DNA from: Okamejei kenojei
Lineage: Eukaryota
DNA length: 64,000 nucleotides
NCBI GenBank assembly: GCA_035221665.1
Contig: CM069145.1
Coordinates: forward strand, 20,026,001 to 20,090,000
Direction: 5' to 3'
Shown here: positions 26,381-39,087 of the stretch, piece after piece
Layout of the letters: every line of letters starts with the position of its first letter
Position numbering within the stretch: position 1 is the stretch's first letter
The notes under the pieces: model-generated
Seen by the model: only the letters and a program-made list of their open reading frames with translations
Databases searched by the model: none
What the model was told of the DNA's origin: nothing
Made by a program: the position numbers and the translations under genes

Positions 26381-28979
26381 TATATATTTGGCACATTAGT
26401 CATGAAATGTCAGAAGCACTGGCAACAGAACAATGAAATTCTTACTTGCGGCAGCATAATAGGTCAGGAAGCACAATGCACATAGATAATATATAATAAA
26501 CAAAAAATCAATTAAAAAAATTGTAATATTACATGCGGGCAAATTTATTACAACTACAAAAAATTCCTAGCACATACTTAAAATTTACCTTGCAGAGTGT
26601 GAGTAGCTATTTGAAACTGGATGTCTTGATTTACCACTTTTAATTTAACATTAACAAGTAGTAATAGACTGAAAATAAAACAAGCAAATCTACCAAAGGC
26701 CTGTTATTGATGGCAATGTTCCAAATGTTGGTGTCTCTGGGTGTTTGGTGTCGCTGCTTTTTTTTTTTGTCGTGTTATATACTTGTTTTAAGAATAGGCT
26801 GCACATCTCTATGTTGTCTCGACTTTACATTCTTTCACTAATCAACACAGATCGACTGTAAACCGTGTAAGTAAACGGTAATACCTTCCAAAACTGGCGA
26901 CTTTAAAGTTGTTCCATGAATCAGAGATATGGTCACCGTGTGAGAATGCAGACAGAGTATTGTGGGTTTTTTCTCCCTCCCCCTCCAAGGTGAATTTCTG
27001 AACCATGACTGGGAATAAACAGTATCTGTCATTTAGGTGGTTAGCAGAATACGTGCCACCCCCACCATAGGAACCTTAGTTGCAATCAGACATCTTAGTT
27101 GCTCACCATTGTTAGAATTTCCATTAGTATTTCCTTTTAAAATAATACTTTTGTCAGTATGTTTATCTTGGTCTATGCCAGTTGCAGCTCTGTTTTCCTT
27201 ATCGTTACATCCGACAGGAAACATCTACATTTTTCTCAATTCCAGCCATTGATTCACTTAGACGGTAGTATTTGGCCATGCAGCTGTCAAATTCTATGAC
27301 ACTGTGCTTAAGCAGGGTTTAATTTCAACAGCAGAGAATCATAGAAATTTCCATCAGTGGCAGTCCTCCAGGAAAGAGAACCAGACAGAGTGCCAGCAAC
27401 GCTGACTGTTCCATTAGTTGCTGGCTATTGAGCTAGCAGTCTGGTTAAAATGGAAAGAGACATTTTAATTCAACAACGTTGTAAGTAAATTATTTGAATT
27501 GACTAAATTAATCTGAGGCATCGTTAATTGTCCACCTTTGACATTTTCTTGACCACCTAATGACAACCTTCATTGTTAAAGGATCAAGTTCTTCTCGTGT
27601 TCTGTAATGTTTTTCAAGGAACTTCGCTGTTCCGTTTCTCAGTAAGTTGATAGAACTAATGTTGCAGCTGTTCTTAGAACATCAGTTGTGATTATTTGTT
27701 CACTGGTCATACTGAGCTTTCAGTCAGTGTTTAAAAACTTTGAAAATAAATGCTCCCCTGATTTAAACATTCTTTGACATGTTGATAGTTATACACTTTG
27801 TTTTATTGCTTCATCTATGTAAAGCAGTGCATTCTATGTTTAACTTTCCATTAGTGCCTAGTATGTTGGTTCCACATTCTTTCGGACAATATTTGGGTGT
27901 GGTATTTGATCTACCGCACCATGTTGGAAAATCTTTTCAGATCAGTGAAATATTAAACATTTTTCAAATGACTGCTGCATAATTAATTACACTGAGTAGG
28001 CTTCAACAATGAATCAGAAAGCAATCTTTCTTACCCAGTGCAATGATGGGTTCAGGAAATTTACTTTAATTACTAGTGGCAGGCGTCAATGTTAACCTTG
28101 CAGTTGATCGTTCTATTCAACCTTTACAGTTCCTCTTAATATTCCTTGGCCTGCCTGAAGAAACTACTTGTTAAGCATTTGTAATATTTCAGCTCTACAT
28201 TTTATTATAATTGTTCCTAGTGGGTTGGAGCTGATGGCGGTTGTCACTGTCTACATTTTTCAAGTATTTCAAAATTAATGTATAACTTGTTGTTAAGTTG
28301 ATGGTATCAAAGGACTTGGGGAATTTCTGATAAATTATGCTGCTCTTTATTCCGACATCATCTGCTCCTCTTAGCAAAGTTTAAACCCACATTGCCTATT
28401 GTCTATTGGACAATTACTGACAATTGTACTGAGGAGATGGGTCTGTTAGGGTCAAGATTGATACAAGTTTCCATGCTTCTCACTGAGAGATTAAAATAAG
28501 GCAATAATTACATTAAACATTTTATGTGGAGCTAGCAAATTAAATATTTTTTAAAAAGTTCATGTGGAATACTGAATGTCTTCCAATATGCGAGAGAATG
28601 ATATTTAAAAAATGAATTCCATTTGAATTGTTATAGTTTACATGAGCCTAAACAGCTTGTGTATTGTTCAGTGTGTCTATTTGGGCACTGGCAGAACTGA
28701 ATTCTAACCATTCTACCTTTTCCTGTAGTGTGCTGCCTCTACTAACTAGGCTGCAGAGTGGCAGGAGGATTTTCCCTGTGTGATAATGATGTGTACTGGA
28801 CTTCAGTTGGCTTGATAGAGATTAGTAAATATGACTTCTTGGAAAACTAAAATCATAATTACATCATAAAACCCATGACTCAGGAAATATTCCACAATTA
28901 AACTGAAAGTGTAATTCTAAATCTTCGTTTATGCAATATAAATTTTTATTTTATCAACATTCCCTTTTGCTTGCAATCT

Positions 28980-29626
28980 ACTTCCAGCTGCACTCACTGG
29001 ATTAGTATCTCATCATGATGGATTTGAATTGTGGTGACAGTGAGGGATTGTCTGGCTTTTTGCCTCGTTAATTTTCTCGTCCACTTTTTCTGGTAAGGCC
29101 TGCATTTGTAGAGAGGTGTAAATAAAAAAAGTAAAAGAGCGCATAATTAATTTGATAGGAAATTTTGTGATGGCTTGATTTTTAAAATGTGCAGCTCTGC
29201 AACATATGACCAATGTAAGGTTTCGAATGAGCTCAATTGATGTCACAGAGAGCAAAGGCTTTGCTGGATTAATTTAGCACTTAATCCATGAGCCCTGCGT
29301 TACTAGTCATCTGCACAAGCAATGTCCCAAGCAGGAAGGGATAAAAGTGGATTAAAAGAATCCACCCTTTCTATCGGCAAGCTGACACACAAAGAGGATC
29401 TTTCATTTGGTCGTTGTGGAATGAGACTTGGTAACAAGGTGCGTTATGTTTTGTTTCTACTGATGTTTCTTTGGATTAATAATTCAAGCAGTACTTTGTA
29501 ATAGAATACCTTCAGTTGCTTGGTTTTGGAGTCCCACTGGGGCTCAGGTGAAACCAGCCTGCTTTGTTTCATGTTTTGTAACCAGAGGTCCCGCCTCTTT
29601 AACTAAGCTGAAGTCATTTTATTCCA
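28980..29626 (+). promoter_or_regulatory. Putative RIBEYE-specific promoter/5' region with clustered CRX/OTX (K50 homeodomain) sites and E-boxes
   Basis: GGATTA/TAATCC at 28999, 29266, 29282, 29349 and 29473; TAAGCT at 29604; CAGCTG at 28985 and CATCTG at 29308. No recognisable repeats, and directly upstream of the RIBEYE ATG. Confidence 0.6.
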
Positions 29627-31430
29627 ATGCCTGTCCCTAGCAAACATACAACTGTTGGCTGCTCTCAGAGCTGGGACTCTAACGGATGGTACAGAGAGGA
29701 CTGGGACAACGACAACGCATGTGAATACCAAAGACCTCGTAGGAGAAGAGATTCGCTAACCTACTCCAGTGAAGGTGCCTGCGACGGCAGTGATAGCGGC
29801 AGAGTGCACGATCACAACTTTGCAGGAGGGTATGAACATAATTCCGAACGTTTCAGGTATCCAGACTCTGGGTTCAATGAAGATCATCCCAATCGGTATG
29901 ATCACAGACCTGTGAGAAAATCCTCTGTGCCTGATCTCTCCCATTCCCATGAAAAGCAGGCTGTGATGTCGGGGCGTAACTCAGTTCCTCAGGATTACTA
30001 TGCTGAGCCGGGTCTGGTCCACAGGCCATCTGAAGAGGCACGGTTTTATAGGGATCATATGCTTAACAGATCAACGCAGAATTATGGGTTGTCAGGTGGG
30101 AGAATGTCATGGGACCACTCGCACGGGAGGCCCCCTCCCCCTCCCGAGGTAAACCGTACGTACCATGATGCCTCTGGTAAGCTGCTTCACGATGGACAGA
30201 AAATACGTAGTCGTGATCCTTCTCCCGCCAGGTACGGTGCCGAGACACCTCTCCCTCATTACAGCGCTGAGCCGCCACCTCTCACTGGCAAGCAGATGTA
30301 CAGCGATGCCAGCGGTCGGCCAGTGGACTCCACCGGTGCTCGGCAGGTCACTCCCACATGTCTGGTCGTGGATCCCGCCACCGGATCCCGGTGTGAGAAC
30401 AGTCTGGATAGGATGCTGTCGCCTGGCACTTTAAACCACGGCCACAGGCAAGGGGCCACAGCACGGGCGATGTCTGATTATGGTGCCCACAGGGATGGTT
30501 ACATTTCCAAGCCTGTTTATGACGGCTATGACAACAGCATGCTGGCACGCAGTCATCTCCCGGCAGGATTCCTGGGGCAGGACAGCAAAACGGAATTCCT
30601 GGCCCTGCTGCGCTCAGAGGGCTTATCTGAAAGCACAATTGGAAACTTGCTGCATCAAGGATTTGATTCCACCAACTTCCTGGCTATGTTGGAAGAAAAT
30701 GATATCAAGTCGGTGGCACAAAACCTGGGTCAGGCACGACTGCTGTTGCGGCTCATCCACAACTGCAAGGCAGACGCACAGTTGCGACAGGAGTTGCAGA
30801 GTGGCAGTGCCCGGATGAGAACACGCTCAAACAGCTTCAGTCACAGGAGTGAGCTAATGCGTAATGACTACGGAGTCCAGCCAGGGATGGTCACTGCCAT
30901 GGATAATCCCACCGCTCAGCAGCTGCCAACGGCATTGCAACCAATGTCGCCCAGGTTTGCTGAGGTGAGCCGCCGGCCATCCAGTGCCCCTTCCCAGCAT
31001 CTCCTCGAAACTGCTAACTATGGTGCCTCTGGGCCTGGTAGACTGGGGAACCATTTTCCGAGCTTCACGAGCTACGGCAGCACTTCCCCAGTTGGGCTGC
31101 AGAACCTGCGATCAGGGCATATATATCCTGCTCAGTCCGGAATAGCAATGAATACACTGCAGGGTGCTCCGAGTACAGCTCCCAAAACCGCCTACTCTAC
31201 CAACTACACTGTACCCATAGAACTAATGACAAGGGATCGCAGCTCAACTCATTCTCTGATGCACAGCCCTCACAACAATCCTCGGATCCTGCGAAAACCA
31301 GGAACACCACTGGAGTCTTCACTGGGACCTGCAAGCTCAGCTTACCAGCTAGCGAATACTACAAACCCAAAACTGACCAGGCGTACAGGACCTCCAGTCA
31401 TTGTCTCCACCATGGCATCACCTGAATCAA
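29627..31430 (+). CDS. CTBP2: RIBEYE A-domain exon (alternative first coding exon of CTBP2): 601 codons + 1 nt, splicing to the shared B-domain exons
   Basis: The translation matches mammalian RIBEYE motifs as I recall them: MPVPS..G.SQSWD..GWY, QAVMSGR, RQV.PTCLVVDP, EFLA.LR.EGL, RRPSSAPSQHLLETA, TAYST.YTVP.EL, RRTG.P.IVSTM..PE.S. A GT donor (TCAA|gtaatg) lies at 31431 in phase 1, exactly where similarity ends; the ORF tail NAFFTF is intron read-through. Confidence 0.96.
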
Positions 31431-34068
31431 GTAATGCATTTTTTACATTTTAACTTGTATATGTGATAAATGTGCTATAGCTCCTACTTAAAGTTATTTG
31501 GTTTTGACTTGTTCCTCCCCCTTCTAAACAGAAGTTGATTGAAAACAGGCTGATCGATTTTTTTTTCCCTTGCATTTTATGGACATGTATTTTGTTTCTC
31601 TGTTTTGACATGCATCTTTTCAAAAGAGTATTGAAAATCTCTTTGTATGCTGATCTGCAACTTCTCACTTAATAAGGTCAGTTGTCTTTCTATTAATGCA
31701 ATTATTTGTGTCGAGGTGGGTGAAAATGAGCCTGGTCCCATATCTCCACTCAACATATTATTGTAATGTGCAATTGGCTGTGTAGAGAAATCATCAGCTA
31801 CTGTTATGATACAGGATTTGTACATTTAATGTAAGGTCAAGTACTCTTTAGAACAACTCAGATGTGTCTAGAAATTGATCCTCTTGCCATTCTTTGCCAC
31901 ATTGGAGGCATAAGACGGATTATATCACTGTTACTCTTAATTGCTTTCTGAGCTTTCAGCGTTGCATCTAAAGATCGATATACTGCAGAACAACGAAATG
32001 ATCTAAATGTATTAGAGAAACAATTATGGTCAGCTTTGCAGTATATCATAGCATTTGCCAAACTATTTTATTGGACAGGAATGACTGTTGTGTTTCAAGC
32101 ACTATTTTTGAAGAAAATGTATCTTACATTTTACAAAAATAATAGTTCAAGCCATCCATTAAGGACAAACTATACTGGGTTTAATACCATCTCAGAACTA
32201 TTTCAGAGCGCTGGTTAATGCATTCATTTTAAATTCCTGCCTGCCCTTTCTTAATCCAAAGCTAATAACCGTGTTAAAATAGCAGAGACAGGAATTTAGC
32301 TTGAGCGTTAACCCATGCAGCAAAACCATGAAGAAAAATTAATGGCTGTAAAGTTTTGTCCGAATTCGTTTGGAAGCCATCTTCAAAAATCTTAAACAAG
32401 ATGTCCCAGATTTGTATACTCTCAAGTGAAATGTTAATAAATGGGGGTCAATTAAAGATAGGGCCAAGTTTCTTTGACTCTTTGGCCTGAAGCATGTAGA
32501 CTGTTTTAAATTTTCTTTCTGAAAGAAGTTGTTTGATTAGGAAAATAATCCACGACTTCTAATAGACCTTGCATTGCATATCTTAAAAGAAGCAGGGACA
32601 AGCCACCAGACAATAACAAATTGAAAAGGTGTTTCATTACTACCCTGTCCAACATTAAAACCTTCTTTCCATAGTATTCTCCATCTGGCAAGCGGAGATT
32701 TGGCATCCAAATTGGAAAATGCTATGAGACACGACTGTACAATGCTGCATGGGCCACATGTGGAACACACCTATTTTGGCAAGATAATATTGTTAGATTT
32801 TTTTTACTTCAATTTCCCCCAATTATTTCATTCAGGTCTATGAATGTCTTCCCAAAATAATTTTAACAATAGTTGGATATAGTTCTAGCCACACCCTTTT
32901 AACTGAGCTATGTGCATATTTCAAGTACAATATTATACAGATTTCCTGTTCAACAAATGCAGATTGCATCTTGGACATTATGAAGTTATGGAATCTCAAT
33001 TATTCTCTCATATGAGTATTGAGCAGTAAGTGATTGTGATAGTGAGATTTGTCCCAAATTCCATGAATTTTACCATTTACAGTATGGTAGGTACTTTTTA
33101 AACGACAGTCTATTATTCTGAAACAAAAAAAGTATGAAAGGATATAATCCAAAAATCTTTACAACACTTTACAACTTTTTTTTTCTAAGCATTATTTTAA
33201 CTGTGTTTATTGTTCAGTAAATCAGTGGCGATTCTTAGCAACATAGGAAATAACTTGAGGAGTTGCCATTTCAGGATTGTGGACTTAGTAAGATGATGGC
33301 TGAGAAACACACAAGATAGGTGCAGGAACGCCAAGTGTCCATAGGATTTCCGTGAGACTGAGGACTGAGCTGCACTGGGCCAACCAAACTGCTGGCCTTT
33401 GAGAACTCACTATTGCATGATTGCAGAAATCTAGTCCATGGACTGAGAAATTGTATGGATCATAAATTAGTAGAAATTGGCATATTGGCATCTCGGAAAG
33501 TGTTGATTGGCCGACAATGTAACCTCAACATTATGAATACAATTTTGGTCTATCCTGTTTTGCATTTCAAATTGCTAAAACTTGATGCTAACTCTGCTTT
33601 AATCATAAAGTTTCAATATGAAGATCCAAATATCATTGCATCTATTGAAAAATGCCCAAAGCTGGTAGAGAATCTCTCATGAATCCATGGCAATCTATTT
33701 CACAGCTAAAAAATGGTGATTAGACATTGGATTTATTTCATAATATTGGCTCCTGGTCTTATTGTTCCTAATATATTATGTTAATGATAAAGAAATGTAT
33801 AGTTCTTATAACATTATTTGGCTTTGTGGTTGTAAATATACATCACTGAATTATGGAATCAAACTAGGAATTTTAATTGAATACAAAGAGGTTTATCTGA
33901 CTTTCCTGTACTAATTATTACCACCACCATATTATTTTGTATTCAACAAATGATTAGAGAAGTAAGGGTTAGGTATAGCATATTCACTTTGGTAAATAAA
34001 CAAGAATATAAGGACCTGTTGGAGCTTGGTCTGGTTTATATCCAAGTATGCAGTCAAATATTCATCTT

Positions 34069-34513
34069 GTGTAAGAAAGAACTGCAGATGCTTGTTTAAA
34101 TCAAAGGTAGACACAAAATGCTGGAGTAACTCAGCGGGTGAGGCGGCATCTCTGGAGAGAAGAATGGGTGACGTTTCAGGTCGAGACCCTTCTTCAGACT
34201 GATATCGGGGAGGGGGCAGGACAAAGATAAAATTTAGCCGGAGACAGTAAGACCAGTGGGAGAACTGGGAAGGGGATGGAGAGAGAAAACAAGGGCTATC
34301 TGAAGTTAGAGAAGTCAATGTTCTGGGGTGTAAACTACCCGAAGCGAAATATGAGGTGCTGTTCCTCCAATTTGCACTGGGCCTCACTCTGACAATGGAG
34401 GAGGCCCAGGACAGAAAGGTCAGATTGGGAATGGGAGGGAGAGTTGAAGTGCTGGGCCACCGGGAGATCAGGTAGGTTAAGACGGACTGAGCGGAGGTGT
34501 TCAGCGAAATGTT
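34069..34513 (-). mobile_element. Penelope-like retroelement 3' fragment (GIY-YIG C-terminus, 3' UTR, hammerhead motif) with 12-bp TSD
   Basis: A minus frame reads DLPVAQHFNSPSHSQSDLSVLGLLHCQSEAQCKLEEQHLIFRFG...IDFSNF; the hammerhead core is at ~34170-34197; AATATTCATCTT is duplicated at 34057-34068 and 34514-34525. Confidence 0.9.
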
Positions 34514-36885
34514 AATATTCATCTTATTTGACATCCTTCACTCCTGTAATAAGCCTGACTGGTTTGGGTAACATAACCCTGAATTAGAAAAAGTCGCCAC
34601 ATTTTTTATTTATATTGCACATTTAAAAAGCTGAGGTATTGGTGCTTCAACTGACCTTAACTGTTTCCTGTGGAGATCTAGCAGTCTGTCTGTGGTGAGA
34701 TGAACCCCTTGACTGATGTCTACCACTGTCAGCTGCAACTGCAAGGGAATCCCTGAAACCTGTGATGTAGTCGGGTTGAGTAGCCAATTGCATTAAAAAC
34801 AAATCTCAACCAGTAAACCAATATTTGTTTACATTTTTTGAACATTTAACATTTTAACATTTAAAGTTTGCAAAATAAAGTATGGAAGCCTTATGATTAG
34901 AACAGAACCTGAAATTTGTTTTTTTAATTTACAAATCCTTTACCTTTTAGTTATTTATTTCACAATATCAGAATAGATTTGTTTTTCCTGGAACCAAATA
35001 GTTTGCTAAGCAGCAATTTGGTGTTAGAATGCCTTTTTGTAATTCATCGAGATTACATGCAATCAACTGTGACATTTTCAGGATATTTGACAGTGGGACG
35101 TTCAGAAATAGCTCAAAGTTTCGTCAGTTCGAGTGTTTTCATCTTGATTCTGGTGGAGAAGATTGTACACAGTGCAGGCCTTGATTGAACAGTGGATCAC
35201 TGCCAAGAGCTTTTGGATTCCTGTGTTCAGTTGTACATGCATGTGAATTCAGAAGTTCCTGTTAGTTCCATGCAATAATGAATGGTGAGCGACATCAGTA
35301 TTCCGGCCCATTCCTTCGATGAACATGCAGATTGAGCCACTAGGAAGTTGTTTGGTGCATGATGACAGATTATTAAATGTTGAAGTGCACCAAGACCTTG
35401 CTGCTTTTAGCTCCACGGAGAGGAATAAATAAAATGGAAAAGGCATATTCATTGAGTGGTATGTTACCTGCTATCAGACTTCACAATTGAATGCTCACCA
35501 ATGATCACCAGTTCCTTTATTTTGTTGCACAAATTTAGACATCTCCCTGAAAATTGAAAGGTTATCTCGCAAGAGTTACTTTTATATTAAGTACAACATC
35601 GACAGTTTCCTGTAGGTATTTAAAATATTGTATCCGTGTGTTTTTATAAGCTAATGAGAAAACTTTCCAAACTTTCTCCCAGAGGAATGTTCTGGTGGGA
35701 AAAGTCAGTTTGTGGATTACTTCGGTAGTTGATTTCTATAAATATCCTCAAAGCAATCATTTCAGCTTAAGCCAAAGAGTTCAGACTGTGTTCCGAATGC
35801 AAAATCTTCATTATGTAATAGATGAACTGATGAAGGCCATTAAATTCTGGAGAATTATGGAGTTTGCTTGCATGAAAACTGAATGGTTTGATAGGTCAAA
35901 TGCAAGCCAGTTGACCAAGACTTAATCGATTGAAGATGTTTTCTGGCCAGCAGGTAGATCGCACCAATTGTTATCTGCCCAAGAGTGTCAATGAAAAAAC
36001 TGTCCAGTTTCATAGCTGGGTCTCCTTAACATGCAGCTGTAGATCGGAGCTGTAGATCGGAGACTGGTTCTCAGGAATCGCCTCTAAGCTCAAGGCTGCC
36101 AGAATATGAGGTCCTGATAAATAGCTAACCCACCAGTGTCAGATGTTAACAGCTAATTTACCCTTGGTTTCAAATGGGTAGTCAAGGTTAAAGTTGATAC
36201 CCGGGCATGTTCAAAATTCCTTTGCCTGGGGGTTCATTTGAAGTGTGAATCATCCTTTAAATTGGTCTAGTGATATCTTCTATGAATGTGCGCAGCCTTA
36301 GCTTCATACTGTTGAGGCATCCCAGCAGTTTAAAACACCAGTGCATTGTCCACTGTCAGAGTTCAACGCTGTACATTTAGTATTTGATTTATTATAAATC
36401 CACAACGTCCTTCTCTCTAATTCCTGAGCTGATTTCTATAATCTCTCTAAATACCGAGTTTTCAGGACGGGTTATTTGTCCTGGGTTTCTGTCGGTTCAT
36501 AAATAGATTTGGTTATGAGTGATGGCTAGCATGCAATTTTCTGTGTTCTGATGAAGGTTATTGATCTGAAACATTCGCTGTTTGCTCTTCACAGAAGCTG
36601 CCAGACCCGCTGTGTGTTTCTGGCAGTTTGTGCTTTTTTAAAAGAGGTTTTTGGCATCTGCATTTTTTTTTAGTCTTTCATGTAGGCTCGATAATGATCT
36701 ACTGCAGCAACAAACCTTCTTAGTCTGAAGCTTGTGGACGCTTTCAATGTTGTGGACTTGTGAATTTATTCCATTGTGGGATATGGAATGACAAAAGCAG
36801 TTCATTTAATTTGCTCAGAAATAGTCGAAAGAAAACAGCATTGGTTGGGCCAGGAGTTGAATTTAGGTCATACCAGATATCTTTG

Positions 36886-37017
36886 ACAGACAATAGACAA
36901 TAGATGCAGGAGTAGGCCATTCGACCCTTCGTGCCAGCACTGCCATTCAATGTGATCATGGCTGATCATCCCCAATCAGTACCCCGTTCCTGCCTTCTCC
37001 CCATATCCCCTGACTCC
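36886..37017 (-). mobile_element. CR1 3' end
   Basis: (AGACAAT)n tail plus gcaggagtaggccattcg...atcatggctgatcatcc. Confidence 0.85.
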
Positions 37018-38089
37018 GACAGATTTTCTTCCCTGCAGAATATTATGGAACCATATGGGTTTGACAACAAATATGATGTCATGGATTGTAACATGAGTTT
37101 ATTGTATATTTGATTACTTGTTGTTGTGGCGGGGGTATTTAAACTCCCATTTCTGGATCAGTAGTCTAGACCAAAAGTTAATTAACTTAACCATTGTGCT
37201 ACTGCAACCTTTACAAGATTATTATATTATAATCTATTAAAATGCTTCCTTGATTAAGTAACATAAACCACTTTGAATATTTGATATTGTAAGTGGTCAC
37301 AGAAATCAATTTAGAAATTAATGACAGCATTTTGTGGATTTAAGTAAAAATGAATTACTGAATTTATTGTTATGAACTCTGACGTGAAAGCTTTTCTCAA
37401 AATATAAACGGTTGTTGTCATGCACAATTTCTCTCAGGTTCCTGAATATCATTCCACTCCTAGTTGTCATTGGGAGAGTTTCTGAAGTCTTAAGAGCACT
37501 TTGTTCAATATCCACTTGGAAAAGAAGAAATTTGCTGTTTATTTGAACAATTATAGATTTCTAGAATATATATTCTGCTTATTGGCATCTTTCTTTAACT
37601 TGGCATTTTTAGATTCTGAGTTGTGCCTCCACTCTTGTTTATTTTAGATCGGACAATACAATAGTCACTTCCTGAGTGTGGCCATACACTTTGTGGATAA
37701 ACATATCTTGTTGCCCTTTATCTCTGCAGCCAAAAGCAAAAATTTCCACATCATGGGTAATCAAGAACTCCTAGGAAAGTCATACAATATTGAGTGCAGC
37801 CAGGGCCGAGAAGGAACATAAGAGCAGGAAAAGGAGTGGATTTTTCATCTCCCTAACTTAGTTTTGCCATTTATTTAAATCATGGCTCTGTGATACCTAT
37901 GCTCCATTTGTTTCAATTTCTGGTGAATCTGAGGCAAAACTCATCATCTGAAAATGATAAGAAGTTGAAAACTATTGACAATAAGCAGAATATTTATTCT
38001 ATAAATCTCTCTTTGTCATTGATGTTCAAATGAATAATAGATTATTTATTTTCTACTATGAATCTTTATTATTCTTTAGATTTTTGAGG

Positions 38090-39060
38090 GATATTTCTAT
38101 CATCCTTTCTGTAAAAGACTATATTGTGGCAATGCCTCAGCAGTAATCTATCATTAATTTAAGGTTATGCCCCTTCCTATCAATGAGCAACAGAGGTAAT
38201 CTATTCTCCAGCTACCCTTCCAAATCCTCACTGTTTGCTTGGCCATTTATAATTCATTCATCTCGGGTGCAAAACTATTATTGTTTTCTCAAGAACGTTG
38301 GCCACATTTCTGCCACCTTTTGCATGTTTCTTAGACTCTCTCTGGAATGACCTGTTTCCGACGTTAAGGTCTTTTTTTGTCCTAAACTTCTCAATGGCAG
38401 GAAAAGGTTTCATATGCCCCCTTTTAAAACTTCAATCAAACATTCATATCTCTCCTCACTATTCCATAGAATAAGGCCTGCTTTAAATAATCTCTCCTCA
38501 TCATTAACCCAAGGACAACCCCGCAGTGCATTCCCACAAATTAGTCAAGTACTCCAACTATTGCCAGTATTTTCCTTCTAGCGTGTGGCCCTCAGAACTA
38601 TACACTATGCACCAGATCTGGTCTAACCAAGCTTGAGTATCCTTGTCAAAATACTTGCCCCCCCTTTACATTCAAAGCTAAGATTTAATTAGTCTTTTTG
38701 ATTTTTTTATTATTTGATAGTTTAATGGCTCAAATGCATGAGTCACAAATCTGTTTGGATCTCCAATGTGTATAGCTTTTAACTATTCAAAACAACACAT
38801 TCGGGTCAGACTTCTATTGGTGCCAAAGTGGTGGTGCAAATGATCATGTGCATCAGATTGCATTGCTGCAGTTTTGTCTATTCATTTAATCCATCGCAGA
38901 ATTTTGACAAATCTATTCTTCTGCTCTTGATATTCAATACGTCGAGTTATGAGCAAACCTGGGGATATTATTATTATCTTATTTGAGTCATTAATTCATG
39001 TATTGGATAGATATGGCACCAGCACTGATCTTCTTGGAATCCTGGTCGTAACCATCTCCC
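38090..39060 (-). mobile_element. Highly degenerate CR1-like fragment
   Basis: cagaactatacactatgcaccagatctggtctaaccaagcttgagta is the reverse of the CR1 'Y.LVRP.LE..VQFW' motif; ggcaccagcactgatc corresponds to the GSVLG motif. Confidence 0.5.
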
Positions 39061-39087
39061 AAAAGTCCCTGTCTTTTGTGCCTACTT

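Noticed and set aside
1-29626. Expected CtBP2 'MALVDKHKVKRQRLDRICE' exon upstream of RIBEYE
   Set aside because: Not found by eye; presumably upstream of the window. The ctttgtggataaaca at ~37690 is a chance match with no ATG or continuation.
31431-31453. C-terminal NAFFTF* of the 608-aa ORF
   Set aside because: It lies after the GT donor and is intronic, unless intron retention is shown.
33932-34534. 200-aa minus-strand ORF
   Set aside because: Off-frame read-through of a Penelope fragment; the GIY-YIG-like peptide is in another frame.
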